A DNA stretch of 46,581 bases from a virus (Duplodnaviria > Caudoviricetes), in the IMG/VR virus record IMGVR_UViG_3300003430_000018, positions 1-46,581 of that record, one strand, 5' to 3'. The notes under the pieces were generated by a model, which worked only from the letters and a program-made list of their open reading frames with translations, did not search any database and had not been told where the DNA came from. Position numbers and translations under genes: made by a program. Numbering within the stretch: position 1 is the stretch's first letter; every line of letters begins with the position of its first letter. This document shows positions 46,501 to 46,581 of this stretch, one piece after another.

Positions 46501-46581
46501 GTCCAATTACTGTTACCCACTGTAGCTAATTGACCAGTTGCAGTATTTACATAATTATCATTATCAATAGTTGTATAACCT
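43512..46581 (-). CDS. Long tail fibre, C-terminal part (starts beyond the right edge)
   Basis: The frame is open from 46580 (GYTTIDNDNYVNTATGQLATVGNSNW...), so the track's GTG start at 46520 is an artefact. Contains GNVGIGT repeats and an 'L..LSDV......GD.LVY....W.N' fibre motif. No S74 domain. Confidence 0.85.
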   Translation of the reverse strand, partial: GYTTIDNDNYVNTATGQLATVGNSNWTIQRVFWIPNSPTNAFIVYYGNATYSTLLNAVNAKDSEPFTESPNTSLNAIFVGYIIIEGGAGRDLLNAAECTIIQGGLFRNVGGIGSSGTSPVSTTLAGLSDVALAGLAEGDLLVYGGGQWSNKKTLIGNYTVSGSLSVTSGITGNLTGTSSWATNAVTSSFALTASYVSGSTSIITNLTASNISASGTITANSFTGSFSGSITNAVTAISASFSTNSLTASYLTPANSYTITNLTASNISASATGSFGIVGIGTSSPTGSLHVNNSVANIPILNLGGGVSVNNVSDLYVLNSYNTASGVGFAAKVIGVNISDSLTSGNIPVQRTVWSGVNSATAIVLSADDPGGGTDDNAFQIWTSNQGTSGSALTQKFTLTTDGNVGIGTTSPRSGLQVNTVNGAAANEYAGLIVSSNLSSSRGVNIAYDATNDAGIITAVHAGTGWKPLALQPVNGNVGIGTTNPTSRLHVSSSTGGVFEVDTAGGATTFYVSASGNVGIGTITPNGKLHIVSPDSTYAFSVAGATKGVRFNINSAGTYIQGVDNTLAGSYQSLILGGSDLYFQTNGLTTAMYISSSGNVGIGTTAPAYKLTVQNDAASTNALLGLQNFSTSATTNHGVSILPILSDNTGSTAITAGGLYWLKEQQWTNDTTSRDSYLRIDTTENGLASEKVRITSAGNVGIGTTNPNSARLHLYGPASFGATIRLTNTGTTGGDYFITSTDAGWNAGGNKLLIGNGTPASPNAKLILDSNGNVGIGVASPSGRLHITGSSTNGENLVYLSKGSGSIAQHYITAVNQNGVLNYRVTSDINGHAQQILYLAGTIHVYHDSYWSSYINNANYTQGGLALGTGSLTHGYGLTIARPSTSGSLYVSGSSIFTGSVNVNGSVTFSGPIIYDNAVLLDYGSASTPVVSTNYAVLQNLTGSYNSAFFDYFASSGSNFRAGTVIAGWSGSSINYTEYSTTDVGNTNELSMSVDLSGSFVRLLTRVSTTINWNIKSAGRYL

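Noticed and set aside
1-46581. Stop-codon reassignment (alternative genetic code)
   Set aside because: Known proteins translate full length in the standard code with near-complete coding density.

Overview
A 46.6 kb AT-rich fragment of a large lytic myovirus with T4-like gene content. Genes are tightly packed, read in the standard genetic code, and mostly on the minus strand. No rRNA, tRNA, CRISPR array or integrase was seen. From left to right: (1) a replication/recombination block (DnaB/gp41-type helicase cut by the left edge and missed by the ORF track, 5'-3' flap exonuclease, RecA/UvsX, gp32-like SSB); (2) three hypothetical genes; (3) a compact, atypical family A polymerase with its own sigma70-type promoter; (4) a baseplate/tail block (hub, LysM wedge, tube initiator, tape measure, gp26-like chaperone with a hidden frameshift extension, tail tube); (5) an opposite-strand endonuclease and three nucleotide-handling enzymes; (6) a 9.3 kb cluster of nine glycosyltransferases plus a 2OG-Fe(II) hydroxylase; (7) three very large tail-fibre genes. 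The best candidate for an undescribed system is the glycosyltransferase/hydroxylase cluster, which includes TibC/Aah-type protein O-heptosyltransferases. It sits directly beside a 2275-aa fibre carrying about 238 Gly-X-Y triplets made mostly of Gly-Ser-Ser and Gly-Thr-Ser, suggesting a phage-encoded 'glyco-collagen' fibre maturation pathway. All functional calls come from motif recognition by eye; no searches were run.
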